This document shows, one piece after another, positions 1 through 10,539 of a stretch of 64,000 nt of DNA; the first letter of the stretch is position 1, and each line of letters starts with the position of its first letter. The position numbers were made by a program, and so were the translations under genes. Location of the stretch: positions 1,024,001 through 1,088,000 of the forward strand of contig CAVPOC010000008.1 of assembly GCA_963706955.1 (NCBI GenBank), in the 5' to 3' direction. The DNA comes from an uncultured Verrucomicrobiae bacterium. GTDB taxonomy: Bacteria; Verrucomicrobiota; Verrucomicrobiia; Chthoniobacterales; Terrimicrobiaceae. Under the pieces are notes generated by a model. That model searched no databases. It saw nothing but the letters and a program-made list of their open reading frames with translations, and was not told the DNA's origin.

Positions 1-740
1 ACGAACCCACTCCACCATCAGGTAAGGACTTCAAGAGCATTCTGATTGTGCCCGCCAAAAAAACCAAGCCATGGTCAATCAATTTCGCTCCCTATGGCTG
101 GGTGACGGCGGTGGATGGAACGATCACCCTGCGGGGAATCACAACGGACGTGCATGAATCCGCCATCGAGACTCTCAAAAGCCTCGACTTCGCGTTTATG
201 GCCGCTGCGGAAATCCGCTATAAACGCTGGGGGATCCTGGGCGACTTTATCTACGCAAAGACGTCGAGCCTCTCAGCCACGCCGCGTGACATTCTGTTCT
301 CCAGTGCGACCGCGGACTTGGAAGAATTTATCGGAACCTTCTTGCTTGAATATCGAGCCTTTGAGGCAAAGTGGGGTTTCCTCGATGTGCTTGCCGGCGC
401 ACGGGTCTATGCCTTTACGACCAGCTTGCATCTGCAGGGAAACCTTCTTCCGGACCTCGACATCACCCGTCACGTTAGCTGGGTCGATCCCATCATCGGG
501 ATGAAAGGCCGAATCCAGATTTCGCACTGGTTTTTTATCAATGCCTACGGCGACGTGGGAGGATTCGGAGCGGGATCGGAATTCACGTGGCAGGCGCTTT
601 TGGGTTCAGGTATCCAGGTTTCCAGGTGGTTTGCGCTCATTGCCGGCTATCGCGCACTTGGATACGACTTTCGGCAGAACGACACCAAACTCGATCTCAT
701 CTCGCACGGTCCCTACGCAGGTATTGAAATCACCTTCTAG
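1..740 (+). CDS. Outer-membrane beta-barrel protein (5' end outside window)
   Basis: Frame is open from the window start (EPTPPSGKDFKS...). Alternating aromatic beta-strands, the WVDPIIG and AGYRAL motifs, and a C-terminal Phe (GIEITF). Confidence 0.7.
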   Translation, partial: EPTPPSGKDFKSILIVPAKKTKPWSINFAPYGWVTAVDGTITLRGITTDVHESAIETLKSLDFAFMAAAEIRYKRWGILGDFIYAKTSSLSATPRDILFSSATADLEEFIGTFLLEYRAFEAKWGFLDVLAGARVYAFTTSLHLQGNLLPDLDITRHVSWVDPIIGMKGRIQISHWFFINAYGDVGGFGAGSEFTWQALLGSGIQVSRWFALIAGYRALGYDFRQNDTKLDLISHGPYAGIEITF

Positions 741-945
741 TCCCTTAAGCGGAGTCGGATTGTGGCCGTTTCACGTGCTCATGTTTCATCTCACCGCGCC
801 CGCAAATGGCGTCCCGCTTTGCCCGGTGAATACGCGAATTTTGCTGCGCGTGCGTCAATGGTCCCAGATGCGATCGTGGCCCAAGCGATAGTGATCCAAT
901 TCATTGACTGACTCCAACCAAGGCGAACACGCCAGCTATGAAAAA

Positions 946-1334
946 ATGCTCACCCACTTGTGGAAAGTTCTCGTCGGTCAGTTGCACGGACCCCTGTCGT
1001 TTCGACTGTCCTCCAACCCAGCGTGGCCGTAAATCCTCGCGATCCGCGCCGGATTGAGAGACGCGCGGGCGGGTCGGCGCCCCTATTTCTGGACAGTTCT
1101 AATGGATCTGGATCATCGAAAAGACCTCTTGCGCGAAGGCTGGAAGGATGTGTGCAAGGTTTTCGTCGTCGCTGTGGCCCTGGACGCGATCTGCCAGCTC
1201 ATCGTTTTCGCTGGCTCTATCCTAGCGAAGCGCTGTTGGTCGCGACCGTCCTAGCCATTCTTCCGTATCTGGTGGTTCGCGGCCCGGTCAACCGCATAGC
1301 GAGCTATAGAACCAAAGACTCGAACGCGCGGTAG
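946..1334 (+). CDS. Small conserved hypothetical membrane protein (frameshifted)
   Basis: Joining frames gives MLTHLWKVLVGQLHGPLSFRL..LQP..AIRAGLRDARAGRRPYFW...EGWKDVCKVFVVAVALD...YPSEALLVATVLAILPYLVVRGPVNRIA. Confidence 0.6.
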
Positions 1335-1423
1335 AGGAATCAATTTCCATTTGGACTGCCTAATATGGTCCGATTCATTGTGTTTGGGGCAGCGAGCGAA
1401 AACATCTACTTCCACAAACTGCG

Positions 1424-3795
1424 ATGCACCGAGTAATTCGAATCGTTTGCCTCATTGTCCTGGCCTTGGCTTCAAGCGGCGCCAGGGCATCAGGCCAGCA
1501 AGCTTCTGCCTCACCGGCGAAACCGACTCCGGCGCCCACACCCATCCCACTAGCCAAATACATTTGGAAGCGCAGTCCGCGCTTACCACTCTCCAAGAGA
1601 TCGACGCAAACGTGTCGGGGAATCAGTCAAGCGCGGACGCCATCGGCCGCACGCTCTCGGACCTGACAAGTGAAATCGATGCAAGAATCGCTGACGACAC
1701 GAGGCTCCTGACGACTAGTCCGTCCCTCGACATGCTTTATCGGCTCAAGCGTACCTGGCAACATTTTGGCGTTCGTTTGTCGGTATCAGCTCGCGAGCTG
1801 ACACAGCACGCCAGAAGTTTGGAAGAGCAACTCGCGCGGCTGGATAAGTTGAACAAGACCTGGCAGGCAACGCTCCAATCGGCAAAACAGCCCGAAACGC
1901 CCCCTTCAGTCTTGCAGCGGGTGCAGAGTGTATTCGACTCCATTGAGCGGACGCGACAGGCGGCCGAATCCGGCCGAGACCATGTTTTGACGTTGCAGAG
2001 CCTGCTTTCCGAGGAGGAAGCCCGTATACGAACAACTCTATCTTCAATCGAGCAGGTAGAAACTCGGGCATTGAAAAATATTTTTGTCAGAGATAGCCCA
2101 CCCATCTGGAGCCTTGAGACCAGTCTGGGCACTGAGTGGGAGAAGTACAGTGGCGAGTCGTTTTCTTCGCAACTGGAAACATCCACCGCGTTCACTAAAC
2201 GATTCCCTTTTGCCTTCCTGATCCACGCTCTTTTCATTGTGCTGATGGCTTCCGCGCTTCACTGGATGCGGCGCAGAATACGAAAATTTGCGGAGGAAAA
2301 ACCGGATCTACAGCGCGCTCTGCCGATACTCGATCTCCCCGTCTCAACTGCCTTCGCGCTTTCAATGCTCGTCGTACCCTTAATCTACGCGCAAGCTCCC
2401 CGCTTGATTCATGCAATCATGGGAGCCGTAACGCTTATCCCAGCCGCAGTGATTCTCCGACGATTATTGGAACGTCATTCGTATCCAATCCTCAACGCGA
2501 TCGTCATCATGTATTTCGTTGGTCAACTCCGAATACTCGAGGCGTCTCTACCGGTGTTGGCCAGGTTCATATTTCTCGCCCAAGTGCTCGGCGCGGCTGT
2601 CTTTCTTGTCTGGGTGCTTCGGAGTTGGCGCCTACCGGCGGAAGCTACTGAAACCCACGGCCGCATTTGGCGAACGATCCGAGCGATCGCCAAAATCGGG
2701 CTTATTCTTTTGCCGGCGGCGTTTCTCGCAAATATTTTCGGATACGTCAACTTTGGGAACCTTTTGGGAATCGTTTTTCTCAGGAGCGTTTACATCGCGG
2801 CCATGCTCTACACCGTCATTCGGATCATCGAAGGATTGATTACTATTGCCCTGCAGGTCCGACCACTTGGCTCCTTGCGAGTCATTAGTCTGCATCGCCC
2901 GATGCTGCAGCGGCGGATGTGCCGCGGACTCGAGTTTTTGGCTTTTTTGTTCTGGTTGAGCCTACTACTGAGCTTTTTCGGTCTACTAACTCCGTTGATC
3001 GCGACGATTGAAGCGGCGCTGAACGCGAACCTCGCGATCGGCTCCTTCAGCATTACTCCGGGCCATATCCTGGCATTCCTGATCACGGTTTGGGCTTCTT
3101 TTCTGGTCTCGAAATTCTTGCGTTTTCTGCTGGAAGAAGACGTCTATCATCATTTGCACCTCGCACGTGGCATTCCGTACGCGATCTCGACTGTGCTTCA
3201 CTATGTCATCCTGCTCCTGGGATTCTTCGTCGGCTTGGGAGCGCTTGGCATTGATCTGACAAAGGTTACGATCCTGGCTGGAGCTTTCAGCGTGGGGATC
3301 GGATTTGGATTACAAAACGTGATCAATAACTTTGTGTCCGGCCTGATTCTGCTTTTTGAACGTCCGATCAAAGTCGGTGACGCCATCGAGGTAGGTGGCA
3401 ATGTGGGAGAGGTCAGCCGCATCGGCATCCGGGCCAGCGTCATTCGCACCGCGGACGGTTCGGAAGTCATCGTGCCGAACGGATCGCTCATCTCGAGTCA
3501 GGTGACTAACTGGACCTTCTCGGATCGAAAGCGCGCGGTCGAAGTCTCCGTCAGCGTGGTCGGAGGCTCCGATCCCCAACGCGTGGTTGAATTGTTGAAA
3601 CGTACTGCCGCTGCTCATCCTGGTGTAACAAAAGAACCGTCGCCGCAAGTCTACGTAATGAACTTCAGCGCCGGTGCGGTGACCTTTCAGCTTCGGGCTT
3701 GGACGGATCGCCATCAGGAATGGGCTCAGCTGCGAAGCGATCTCTCCGTCGCCATCAATAACACCTTGAAGAGTGAAAACATTGCAATCGCATGA
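1424..3795 (+). CDS. MscS/MscK-type mechanosensitive channel (frameshift near 1560)
   Basis: Signal peptide in ORF 1424, coiled-coil region, TM helices, and the MscS signature GIGFGLQNVINNFVSGLILLFERPIKVGD ... IVPN ... VTNW. Confidence 0.9.
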
Positions 3796-3850
3796 TGGGG
3801 TGCCAGCAGGAGCCATGCAAACACTTGCTCTAAGCCACCTCCAAACGCGG

Positions 3851-5504
3851 TCATCGCAGAATGGGTTTCACTACCCGGCATTTCATCTCGGTCGTCGAAG
3901 TTTTCCACATCCCGAGAAGCACACTGCACGAGTTCTCAAGACTGCCGGATTCCTTTCCGTCGTAGAGGCTCACCTCACGGATCTCCTCCTCGGTGTTGGC
4001 CTCGTTCCGGTTCTTGCGGACGATCTGCGATAGGATGACTGCGATCAGATTCCACTTTTTGGCGATGCGCTTGGTTTCCTCGCACGCCTCGCTCACCCGT
4101 TCATACCGGTTGCCCTTTGATGAGTTGGATGTAGTCGATCACTACGACGCGAGGCACGCTTCCCAGTTTGGCCGATGAACGAGAGACAAGCTCGTCGATC
4201 TGCTTCATGCTCATGCTGCGGGTCGAGACCAGAAGGTTGCTCATCTTTCCGTCCGAGCGCCAATCGACCCGATCTCCCTTCCGGTAACGGTGATGAACCT
4301 CTGTGGTGTCGATGCCGGTCGCGATTGCCGCACCTCGCTCGAACATGAGAGGACCCGAAATCTCGAGCTGACAGAAAAGCGCGGCCAGGCGCGGATTGCA
4401 GGCCAAGATGTTCTGCGCCGCCGCGCTTTTGAGTTGTCCAGTCCCGGCGATGATGCCTAGGACGTCGCCTGGGATAAGCGGACGGATGTTCAGCCCGGGC
4501 AGCCAGTTTCCCAAGGAGAGCGACACCTCACTGAATGATTCGACCTCGGTGATGTATTGCTGCTCAAGCTCGGCCATCGTGTAAGCCTCGATGTCCACGC
4601 CTTTGTCGATCAATCGCGCTTTGACCTGGAGATCAGCGAGGAGGTCTAGAAAGCCTTCGCCTTGACAGTGGCTGCGCAGATCAGTGATGTCTTTAACCAG
4701 TCTCCCGTTGTGTTCTTTGGGAAGTTCGATCCACTTAACCCACTCGACGATTCCCTCCAAGGACTTCAGCACTTCGCGGCCGTGCTTTTGCCCAAGCTCA
4801 TCATTGTCGGCCGCAATGTAGACGTGCTTTCCTTTGAGATATTCCGAAAACGCGGGAAGCCACTTTCCAGCGCCGCCCGGATTACATGTCGCGACCTGTC
4901 CGATGGCACGCAGGGTTTCGACGTCCTTCTCGCCCTCGACGATCCACACGGAGGCCGGACTCGCTAGCAATTCGGGCAGGCGATAAGGCAGGCGCTCGAC
5001 CCCTTCCATGTTCCAGACGCGTTGGCCATCAACGAGCCGGCATTGTTTGAAGGTTTTAGGCTCATAGCGCACGACCTGGTAGACAGCCTTGCCAGTTGCG
5101 TCCTGGTAGTCGTAGGCGGCAATCTCCCGAGCAGGCGCCTGATCCTTTTTGTGCTGGGTTTCCGCTAAGGCTGGCTTTGACGGCGCCGGACCGCGCGACC
5201 CATTCGAACCGTGGCTCACGCCTCGGTGCGGACTCAAGTCTCGCATCGCCTCTCCGATCGAGAGCCCCCGCAGCTTAGCGTGCAGGTCGATAACGCTGCC
5301 TCTGGTATTGCAGCCAAAGCAGCGCCAGAGATTCTTGTCGGGATAGATTGTGAAGCTTGGCGTATCCTCGTTATGCAGGGGGCATAGGCATTTCCACCGG
5401 CGCCCATCTCGCCTGAGCTGCCAGCCGCATTCTTGGCAGTAACCCAGCAGCGGGTTGGCGGCGATGATGTCTTCGCGTGAGTGTTCGTATTCGGTGGTGT
5501 TCAT
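3851..5504 (-). CDS. Primase-helicase fusion (CHC2 zinc finger, TOPRIM, DnaB-like helicase); frameshift near 4105, C-terminus probably truncated
   Basis: CLCPLHNEDTPSF...WRCFGC..GSVIDL; TOPRIM motifs VWIVEGEKD, ADNDELG and KDITD; helicase VVIDYIQLI continuing in ORF 3851-4096 (ILSQ...DGKESGSLEN). Confidence 0.85.
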
Positions 5505-6430
5505 TTCCTAACCTTCAGATGAAAGATTCCGGCTCTTTGCGGCGCGAGACGGTCCGAGCCGGGGTTGTCGTATTTGCCTTCAATGACCTTCTCGATCGTT
5601 CCGGGCTTAAGAAACCAATCGAAGTCCGCCTTCCATCCTCTGTCGTTCTCACCCAGGCAAAATCGTGACTCAGATATCTTCGCGACCGCCTCTGGGAAGT
5701 GTTCAACGAAAAAGGCGTCCTGAGTTCTTGCGGCGAGCCCCCTTCTCCTTTTGTCGCTGAGGTTTCTGATTCTGGGCAACCCTGGCGCTGCGCACCATGC
5801 TGCAACAACGTCGTCGGCTACGAGATCGACTCCTTGCTGAATTTGAACCTTGCCGACTCCGGCCTTGGGCTCCGATGGCTGAACCTGAGGGAGCGAGGCA
5901 GATGAGTTTTGCGAATCTGGCTGTGTGTCAGCTAGCCGATGCGCTCTCTCCGGTTCTTGGCTCGTTCCTGGTTCGTTCTTGGAGGAGTTATTGGTAATTC
6001 TCGGTGAAACGCTCGATTTCGACCTTTCACCTAACCTTAGGTTAATTGCACCTAACGTTGCGCTATTTTCACCGAACAGGGTTGAAACTGTATACTGGCT
6101 TGGCGCGAGTTCCTTTGTCCCGGCAACTTGTCTTTGTTCGATAGTGCAGAGACCAGTGGCTTCGACAAGTTTGAGAGCTCTTGCCGCCTCGCTATATCCG
6201 TAACACATGTCCTTTGCGATTTGAGCAATGCTCCGGACAAAGACAATCGAACCCTCTAGGTTGGCAATTCGAAGGAGGGTGATGAAGCAGGCCTTAGCCT
6301 TCCTCCTTGCGCCCTCGCGATCGAACGTGCGTTCAATCATCCGTAGGGCTTCCTCGGAAACAGCAAACCATCCGCAGTGAGCTTTTGCGGGCTTGTCGAA
6401 AGGCAGTTCGCCTGGGGGGAGTTCGTTCAT
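5501..6430 (-). CDS. Phage-type replication initiator protein
   Basis: N-terminal winged-HTH-like region (SIAQIAKDM...ARALKLVEATGL), low-complexity linker, and C-terminal GENDRGWKADFDWFLKPGTIEKVIEGKYDN typical of phage replisome organisers. Overlaps the primase-helicase start. Confidence 0.75.
   Translation of the reverse strand: MNELPPGELPFDKPAKAHCGWFAVSEEALRMIERTFDREGARRKAKACFITLLRIANLEGSIVFVRSIAQIAKDMCYGYSEAARALKLVEATGLCTIEQRQVAGTKELAPSQYTVSTLFGENSATLGAINLRLGERSKSSVSPRITNNSSKNEPGTSQEPERAHRLADTQPDSQNSSASLPQVQPSEPKAGVGKVQIQQGVDLVADDVVAAWCAAPGLPRIRNLSDKRRRGLAARTQDAFFVEHFPEAVAKISESRFCLGENDRGWKADFDWFLKPGTIEKVIEGKYDNPGSDRLAPQRAGIFHLKVRK
6000..6080. repeat. Putative iterons (origin) inside the rep gene
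   Basis: CACC(T/G)AAC at 6028, 6049 and 6070 (exact 21 bp period), plus an inverted partial copy near 6000. Confidence 0.55.
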
Positions 6431-6633
6431 GGCTGGCCCATGTCCTCGTTAGCCAACTTGTCGGCCAAGCGACCCTTGCGCTGTTCAAGCGCCCAGAAGA
6501 TAAACTCGAAAGGCCGTTGCAAAGTCGCGATCATGCGATACTCTGCCCATAGCCTAAGTTTCTGAGAGCGGCGCTGTAGTAGGCGCCGTTTTCGTTTTGG
6601 ACCTGCGCGAGTGTTAAGAGCCTGCGCGCTCAC
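6427..6633 (-). CDS. Small basic hypothetical protein
   Basis: 68 aa ORF whose stop overlaps the rep start (ATGA). Confidence 0.45.
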   Translation of the reverse strand: MSAQALNTRAGPKRKRRLLQRRSQKLRLWAEYRMIATLQRPFEFIFWALEQRKGRLADKLANEDMGQP

Positions 6634-6714
6634 TGGCGGTCATCCTGTTAAGAGGGTCAACAAGAGGTTAAGCTGCTCTTACGAAGGTAGGCTCGGATCT
6701 AATCGCCGCGTTGA

Positions 6715-6930
6715 TTATTTAACCTCGAACTTGCTGAGAAATGCGAGCAACTGATCCGTGCGAAACCGCACCGCCCCGCTCGGCAATTTGCAAAATGGAA
6801 TGCGCTTCTTGCGCATCCAGTCGTCGAGCGTTCTCGGTTTGATTCTAAGAAATTCAGCCGCCTCTGGTTTCGTCCGAACCGCGCCGTTATTAGCTACATG
6901 AGTAATGTCCACGCGCAGAGTCTCGCACAT
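6715..6930 (-). CDS. Excisionase-like HTH protein (start uncertain)
   Basis: TKPEAAEFLRIKPRTLDDWMRKKRIPFCKL...VRF...LLAFL matches the HTH_17/Xis pattern. Confidence 0.85.
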   Translation of the reverse strand: MCETLRVDITHVANNGAVRTKPEAAEFLRIKPRTLDDWMRKKRIPFCKLPSGAVRFRTDQLLAFLSKFEVK

Positions 6931-7663
6931 CTGCGCAGGCTAAAAATAGTGGGACAGGAAATTTCTTTAAGTCTGTCCCTATTCCAAAAACAGGGAAGAC
7001 TCCTCGCCACCATTCGAAAAGGCGATTCCATTGCCTCTCGACGCTCCTTGGAGCGCCGGAGTATTCGTATCCAAGGGCCTCTAAATGGGCTCGAATTTCG
7101 ACTGTCATTGGGAATTTGAGCGTCCTTGCCAGACAATCCAAAGTATAGTCTAAGGCAATCAATTTCATCGCGCCTTCCTTTGACAGAGAGGATTGCCTCT
7201 TGCTTGTTCGGTCGAACCTGTCTAAAGCGAGATTCAAATCATCCCTCAAATCCGATACCGAATCCCGGCTGGGAGGATCGACGGAAACGCCAATCAGTTC
7301 GATGACTGCGCGCCCAATAGCCGCATATGACTTCTCGTTCGCCAGTCCTGCGCGACGAAGCTTTGCTCCAGTTGCTATGCGCCTAAGCAAATCAAGAATC
7401 AGGGCGTGCCTGCGCTTGTTGAAACGCTTCAGATCATCGCCGTTCAATTTGCTTTCGATGCGAATGCGCTCCTCTAAAATACGTTCAGAAGGTTCAATCA
7501 CCGTGCCGGACGGTGTCTCAAAAACCTGCGCTACTCCACGGAAATCCTCCAATCGCTTTGCCCTCTTGTCGGCTTTAGCTCCGCCCGCAATTCGGTGCTG
7601 TTCAGCAGCAATATCCGCAAAGAATACCCTTCTCAGATTTGGGCTTTCCTCCTGCGCACTCAT
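6890..7663 (-). CDS. Hypothetical protein between integrase and Xis
   Basis: ORF from MSAQEE overlaps the integrase stop (ATGA). No recognisable domain. Confidence 0.5.
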   Translation of the reverse strand: MSAQEESPNLRRVFFADIAAEQHRIAGGAKADKRAKRLEDFRGVAQVFETPSGTVIEPSERILEERIRIESKLNGDDLKRFNKRRHALILDLLRRIATGAKLRRAGLANEKSYAAIGRAVIELIGVSVDPPSRDSVSDLRDDLNLALDRFDRTSKRQSSLSKEGAMKLIALDYTLDCLARTLKFPMTVEIRAHLEALGYEYSGAPRSVERQWNRLFEWWRGVFPVFGIGTDLKKFPVPLFLACADVRDSARGHYSCS

Positions 7664-8912
7664 GATGCCAGCCTCACCACGTTGCCAGCCTCGGCATTCG
7701 CGGGCACTATGCCGAACCACTGCGCCGCTTCGCTCTCGGTGCAGAGCTCGCGGTAGTGCGCGAAGATCATTCGCGCGGAGTTGCCTGCCTCAAGCGCGAC
7801 AGCGGCGATGTCCTTGGTCTTTGCCAGCCGGTAGGAAATGAAGCTGTGCCTAAGACCGTTGGCTTTCCATGCAAAGCCGACCTTCGCGGCTGCCGACTTC
7901 TGATCTGCGAAGTATCTGTTCGAGGACCTGGGCCACAGCCTCTCGTCTCCATTCCGAGGCGCTACTCTAAGCCAAGCGGCCAGATTCTCCGAGATCGGTA
8001 TCAGCCTACGCGACGCAGTCTTTGCCTGCTTTGCTCTGATCTCGATGTTGCCAGGTCGCCGTTCCAAATCGCGCCACGTGAGCCGAAAGAGTTCCTCGGT
8101 GCGCACTCCGGCGAACGCTTGAACGGCCAGGCATGTGACGATACGAGAGGACGCCGCGGCAAGAAGTCTGCGCAATTCCTCTGGTGTGAGAATCTCGATC
8201 TCTGAACCTGATCCTGACCGCCTTTCCACCCTCGAGAGTAAGTTGACGTGCGTTGAAAGCCATCCTCTTGCCTGACAGAAGCGAAAGAAGGTCCGCAACA
8301 TCGAGAGATGGTTGTTAAAGCTTCGTGAATGAAGCTTGAGTTCTTCGAGGTAGTCGGCGACGTCTTGCGCGGCAAGCTCACGAACTTCGAGATTGAAAGC
8401 CTTAGCGAAGCCTCCCAGTCGATACCGGATGTCCTTTAGGTAGACGGCGCTCCGTCCTGCTACAATCTTGGCCTGCCGGAAGTCGCCAACCGCGTCTGCC
8501 ACCATCCGGCCAGAAACTCCATTGACGCCATGGCGCATGTAGAAATTGACCGCATCGAGAAGCGAATGGCCTGCCAGTGTCTTCGTCGCTTGCGTATATT
8601 CGTTTGCAGCAACATCAAGCGTTACACCGGTCGACTTAATGGCTTCAAGAGCGTGACCGTAAGTGAGTCGGTCTCTGCCGGTAAGTTGAACCGCATCTAC
8701 ATCACCACGAGCCAGCTGGGCTGCCTTCGCCGTTGCCTCTTCCTTGGCGTCACCCAACGAGCAAAGTTCAACCGCTGTCGCTTTCCGCCCAGGTAGTAGA
8801 CCAGGCGGTAGTAGTCCCCGGAGCGCTTTCGGTCCCGGTAGATCTTCACCACAGATGACCCTGCCTTTACGGCCAGGGGGAACTCTTTTTCGGACTTGGT
8901 CTTGGCGGGCAT
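7660..8912 (-). CDS. Tyrosine integrase (frameshift near 8760)
   Basis: N-terminus MPAKTK...VKIYRD...YRLVYYLGGKRQR in ORF 8697-8963; catalytic motifs GVRTEEL, AKT, NGLRHSFISY, AGNS and FAHY. Confidence 0.92.
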
Positions 8913-9017
8913 AATTAGCAAGCAAACGTATGCCGACTGTCCGAAAACTGACCGAAACTGCAACAGATTTCGTTGCGATTGTGATTCAACCTATTGCGCG
9001 ACAGTGATATAAAACAT

Positions 9018-9102
9018 TGCCGGCGGCGGGACTCGAACCCGCACATCCCTCTCGGGACAAGGGATTTTAAGTCCCTTGCGTCTGCCATTTCGCCACGCCG
9101 GC
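9018..9102 (-). tRNA. tRNA-Leu(UAA), no encoded CCA
   Basis: Reverse complement GCCGGCGTGGCGAAATGGCAGACGCAAGGGACTTAAAATCCCTTGTCCCGAGAGGGATGTGCGGGTTCGAGTCCCGCCGCCGGCA folds as a cloverleaf with long variable arm, TAA anticodon and GTTCGA T-loop. Confidence 0.97.
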
Positions 9103-9117
9103 CTCTGTGGGTAAACT

Positions 9118-9147
9118 TCATTTAAAAGCCGATTCCAAGTTTTGCAA
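9118..9147 (-). promoter_or_regulatory. Probable sigma70 promoter of tRNA-Leu
   Basis: On the minus strand, TTGCAA, 16-17 nt, then TTAAAT/TAAATG, shortly upstream of the tRNA. Confidence 0.5.
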
Positions 9148-9454
9148 TGTTCGCGCGTCAGCCGAGCGCACGCTCTGGTCATTGAAGCGACGCAGATAGC
9201 CGGCGTCAAAAAAGGCCCACATCCCAGTGAACGCGGTGCCAGGCTGCAGGCCACCGACCAACGACCCTTAGCTTTAGCGGAGGGACAAAGGTGTTTCGCC
9301 TACCGGGACTTGCTCAAAATACGGGGGCGCAATAGCCCGTTCCTCGGCTGACGACGTCAACTTCTTGTGCAAACTCGTTCACCCTCTTTTCTCATCAGTA
9401 TTTCCCTATTCATCACTCTCTCCACTCTTTCCGCGGACCGAGACAGCCGGCCTG

Positions 9455-9921
9455 GTTCGCTGCAGCGTCCGGTTAGGCGGCCCTCATATCCAGAACTGCC
9501 ACCATTTCTTGTTTAACTTGCGCTGCCGATCGGCTTTCTCGTCAGCCACGATCTCTGCGTGAATAGTGTGAATGTGGTCGAGATAAGCTGCGCAAGTTGG
9601 CACGAGCGAACGATGCTTGCCCGTCTTCATCTCGTAAACCAAAACACCCGAATCAGGCTTGGAGGCGTCCACGAAATACATCTCCTCGCCTCCGTCGCTG
9701 CCAATGTAGAATGGTTTGCCGATCTCAGGCGACGAAAACTTCGCGCCGCTCAAATCAATGACTGCATCGAGGCGCTTCGGGAGCATGACCCTCGTCTGCG
9801 AACGAGTCGGGCTCGAACGGGTAGCTGAGAACTGTGGCACGATAAGACGCTGGGAGTGTAAATCCCACGCGTTTCTCGATTCCTGGATGTCTTGCTCAGT
9901 CACGTGTAAGCGACGCCTAAC
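9455..9921 (-). mobile_element. Integron-type gene cassette remnant (second copy at 14076-14542)
   Basis: On the minus strand, GTTAGGC lies 11 nt before the start codon. GCCTAAC-N5-GCTGCAGCGAAC (attC R''/L'') follows the stop. The distal half of attC is missing. Confidence 0.65.
9484..9903 (-). CDS. SMI1/KNR4 (SUKH) family immunity-like protein, copy 1
   Basis: FYIGSDGGEEMYFVD...VLVYE motif and C-terminal KKWWQFW. The N-terminal EKRVGFTLPASYR motif is present in a shifted frame. Confidence 0.7.
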   Translation of the reverse strand: MTEQDIQESRNAWDLHSQRLIVPQFSATRSSPTRSQTRVMLPKRLDAVIDLSGAKFSSPEIGKPFYIGSDGGEEMYFVDASKPDSGVLVYEMKTGKHRSLVPTCAAYLDHIHTIHAEIVADEKADRQRKLNKKWWQFWI

Positions 9922-10539
9922 ATTATGTCGATAGACTAAGAGCGACTATATCCGGGAGTCGTCAAGACTAAGCGAGTTGTATTTGATCGCAGAGCGAAAC
10001 AGACGCGCGGTTCGCTGCGACAGTCTTTCTAAGTCAAATCAGAATCTATACACCTGCGCTAGCCATCCGTAAGACGCCCCGGTTCCGTTTTCCTGACCAG
10101 GGTCCCAAGTGTCTGTCAACACCGCGGACCGCGGCTGGGCGACACCCTCCAGTTCCTCATTCCCAACTCGCGCCGGCTTTCGTCTTACATGGCCAGTCTC
10201 AGCCGAGGCGAACCCCTTCGATCACTCCCACAACGGAGTCGGTCGAAGCATCCAAGGAAGCGCTTGCGAGACTTTCCCATGAATACCTGGAGACCAGAAA
10301 CGCCAAGCTTCGGGCTCAGACATTCATGGCTGAAACGCAGGCTGCCCGGGCGCGTGGTGAATTGATTCCGAAGAAGGAGGTGAAGGACCTGGTCAGCTAT
10401 GCGTTGGTCTGCGTTCGCCAGAAAACGCTTTTGTCGTATCGAAGCATCACGCAGCTGTTGGTTACTCGGAACCTAATCGCCGCCGAGAACGAACACGCCA
10501 TTTCCCAGGTGATTCTGGAAGAAGCCCACTCACTACTTA

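Larger units (their letters stand above)
3851..9017 (-). mobile_element. Truncated integrative satellite-like element on the 3' side of tRNA-Leu
   Basis: Integrase starts about 105 bp past the tRNA 3' end, followed co-directionally by hypothetical, Xis-like HTH, Rep and primase-helicase. No distal att copy was found. Confidence 0.75.
9065..10254. repeat. 1.19 kb direct repeat, copy 1
   Basis: Near-identical to 13684-14875. Starts in the tRNA anticodon loop (TTTTAAG) and ends inside the M23 gene tail. Confidence 0.97.

Noticed and set aside
2710..2721. TTGCCGGCGGCG matches the tRNA-Leu 3' end, a possible distal att
   Set aside because: Only 12 nt, GC-rich, and inside the intact mscS frame; likely chance.
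10060..10195. GTAAGACG...CGTCTTAC inverted repeat, possible MITE
   Set aside because: 8 bp IR, no target duplication, and the only other copy is within the larger duplication.
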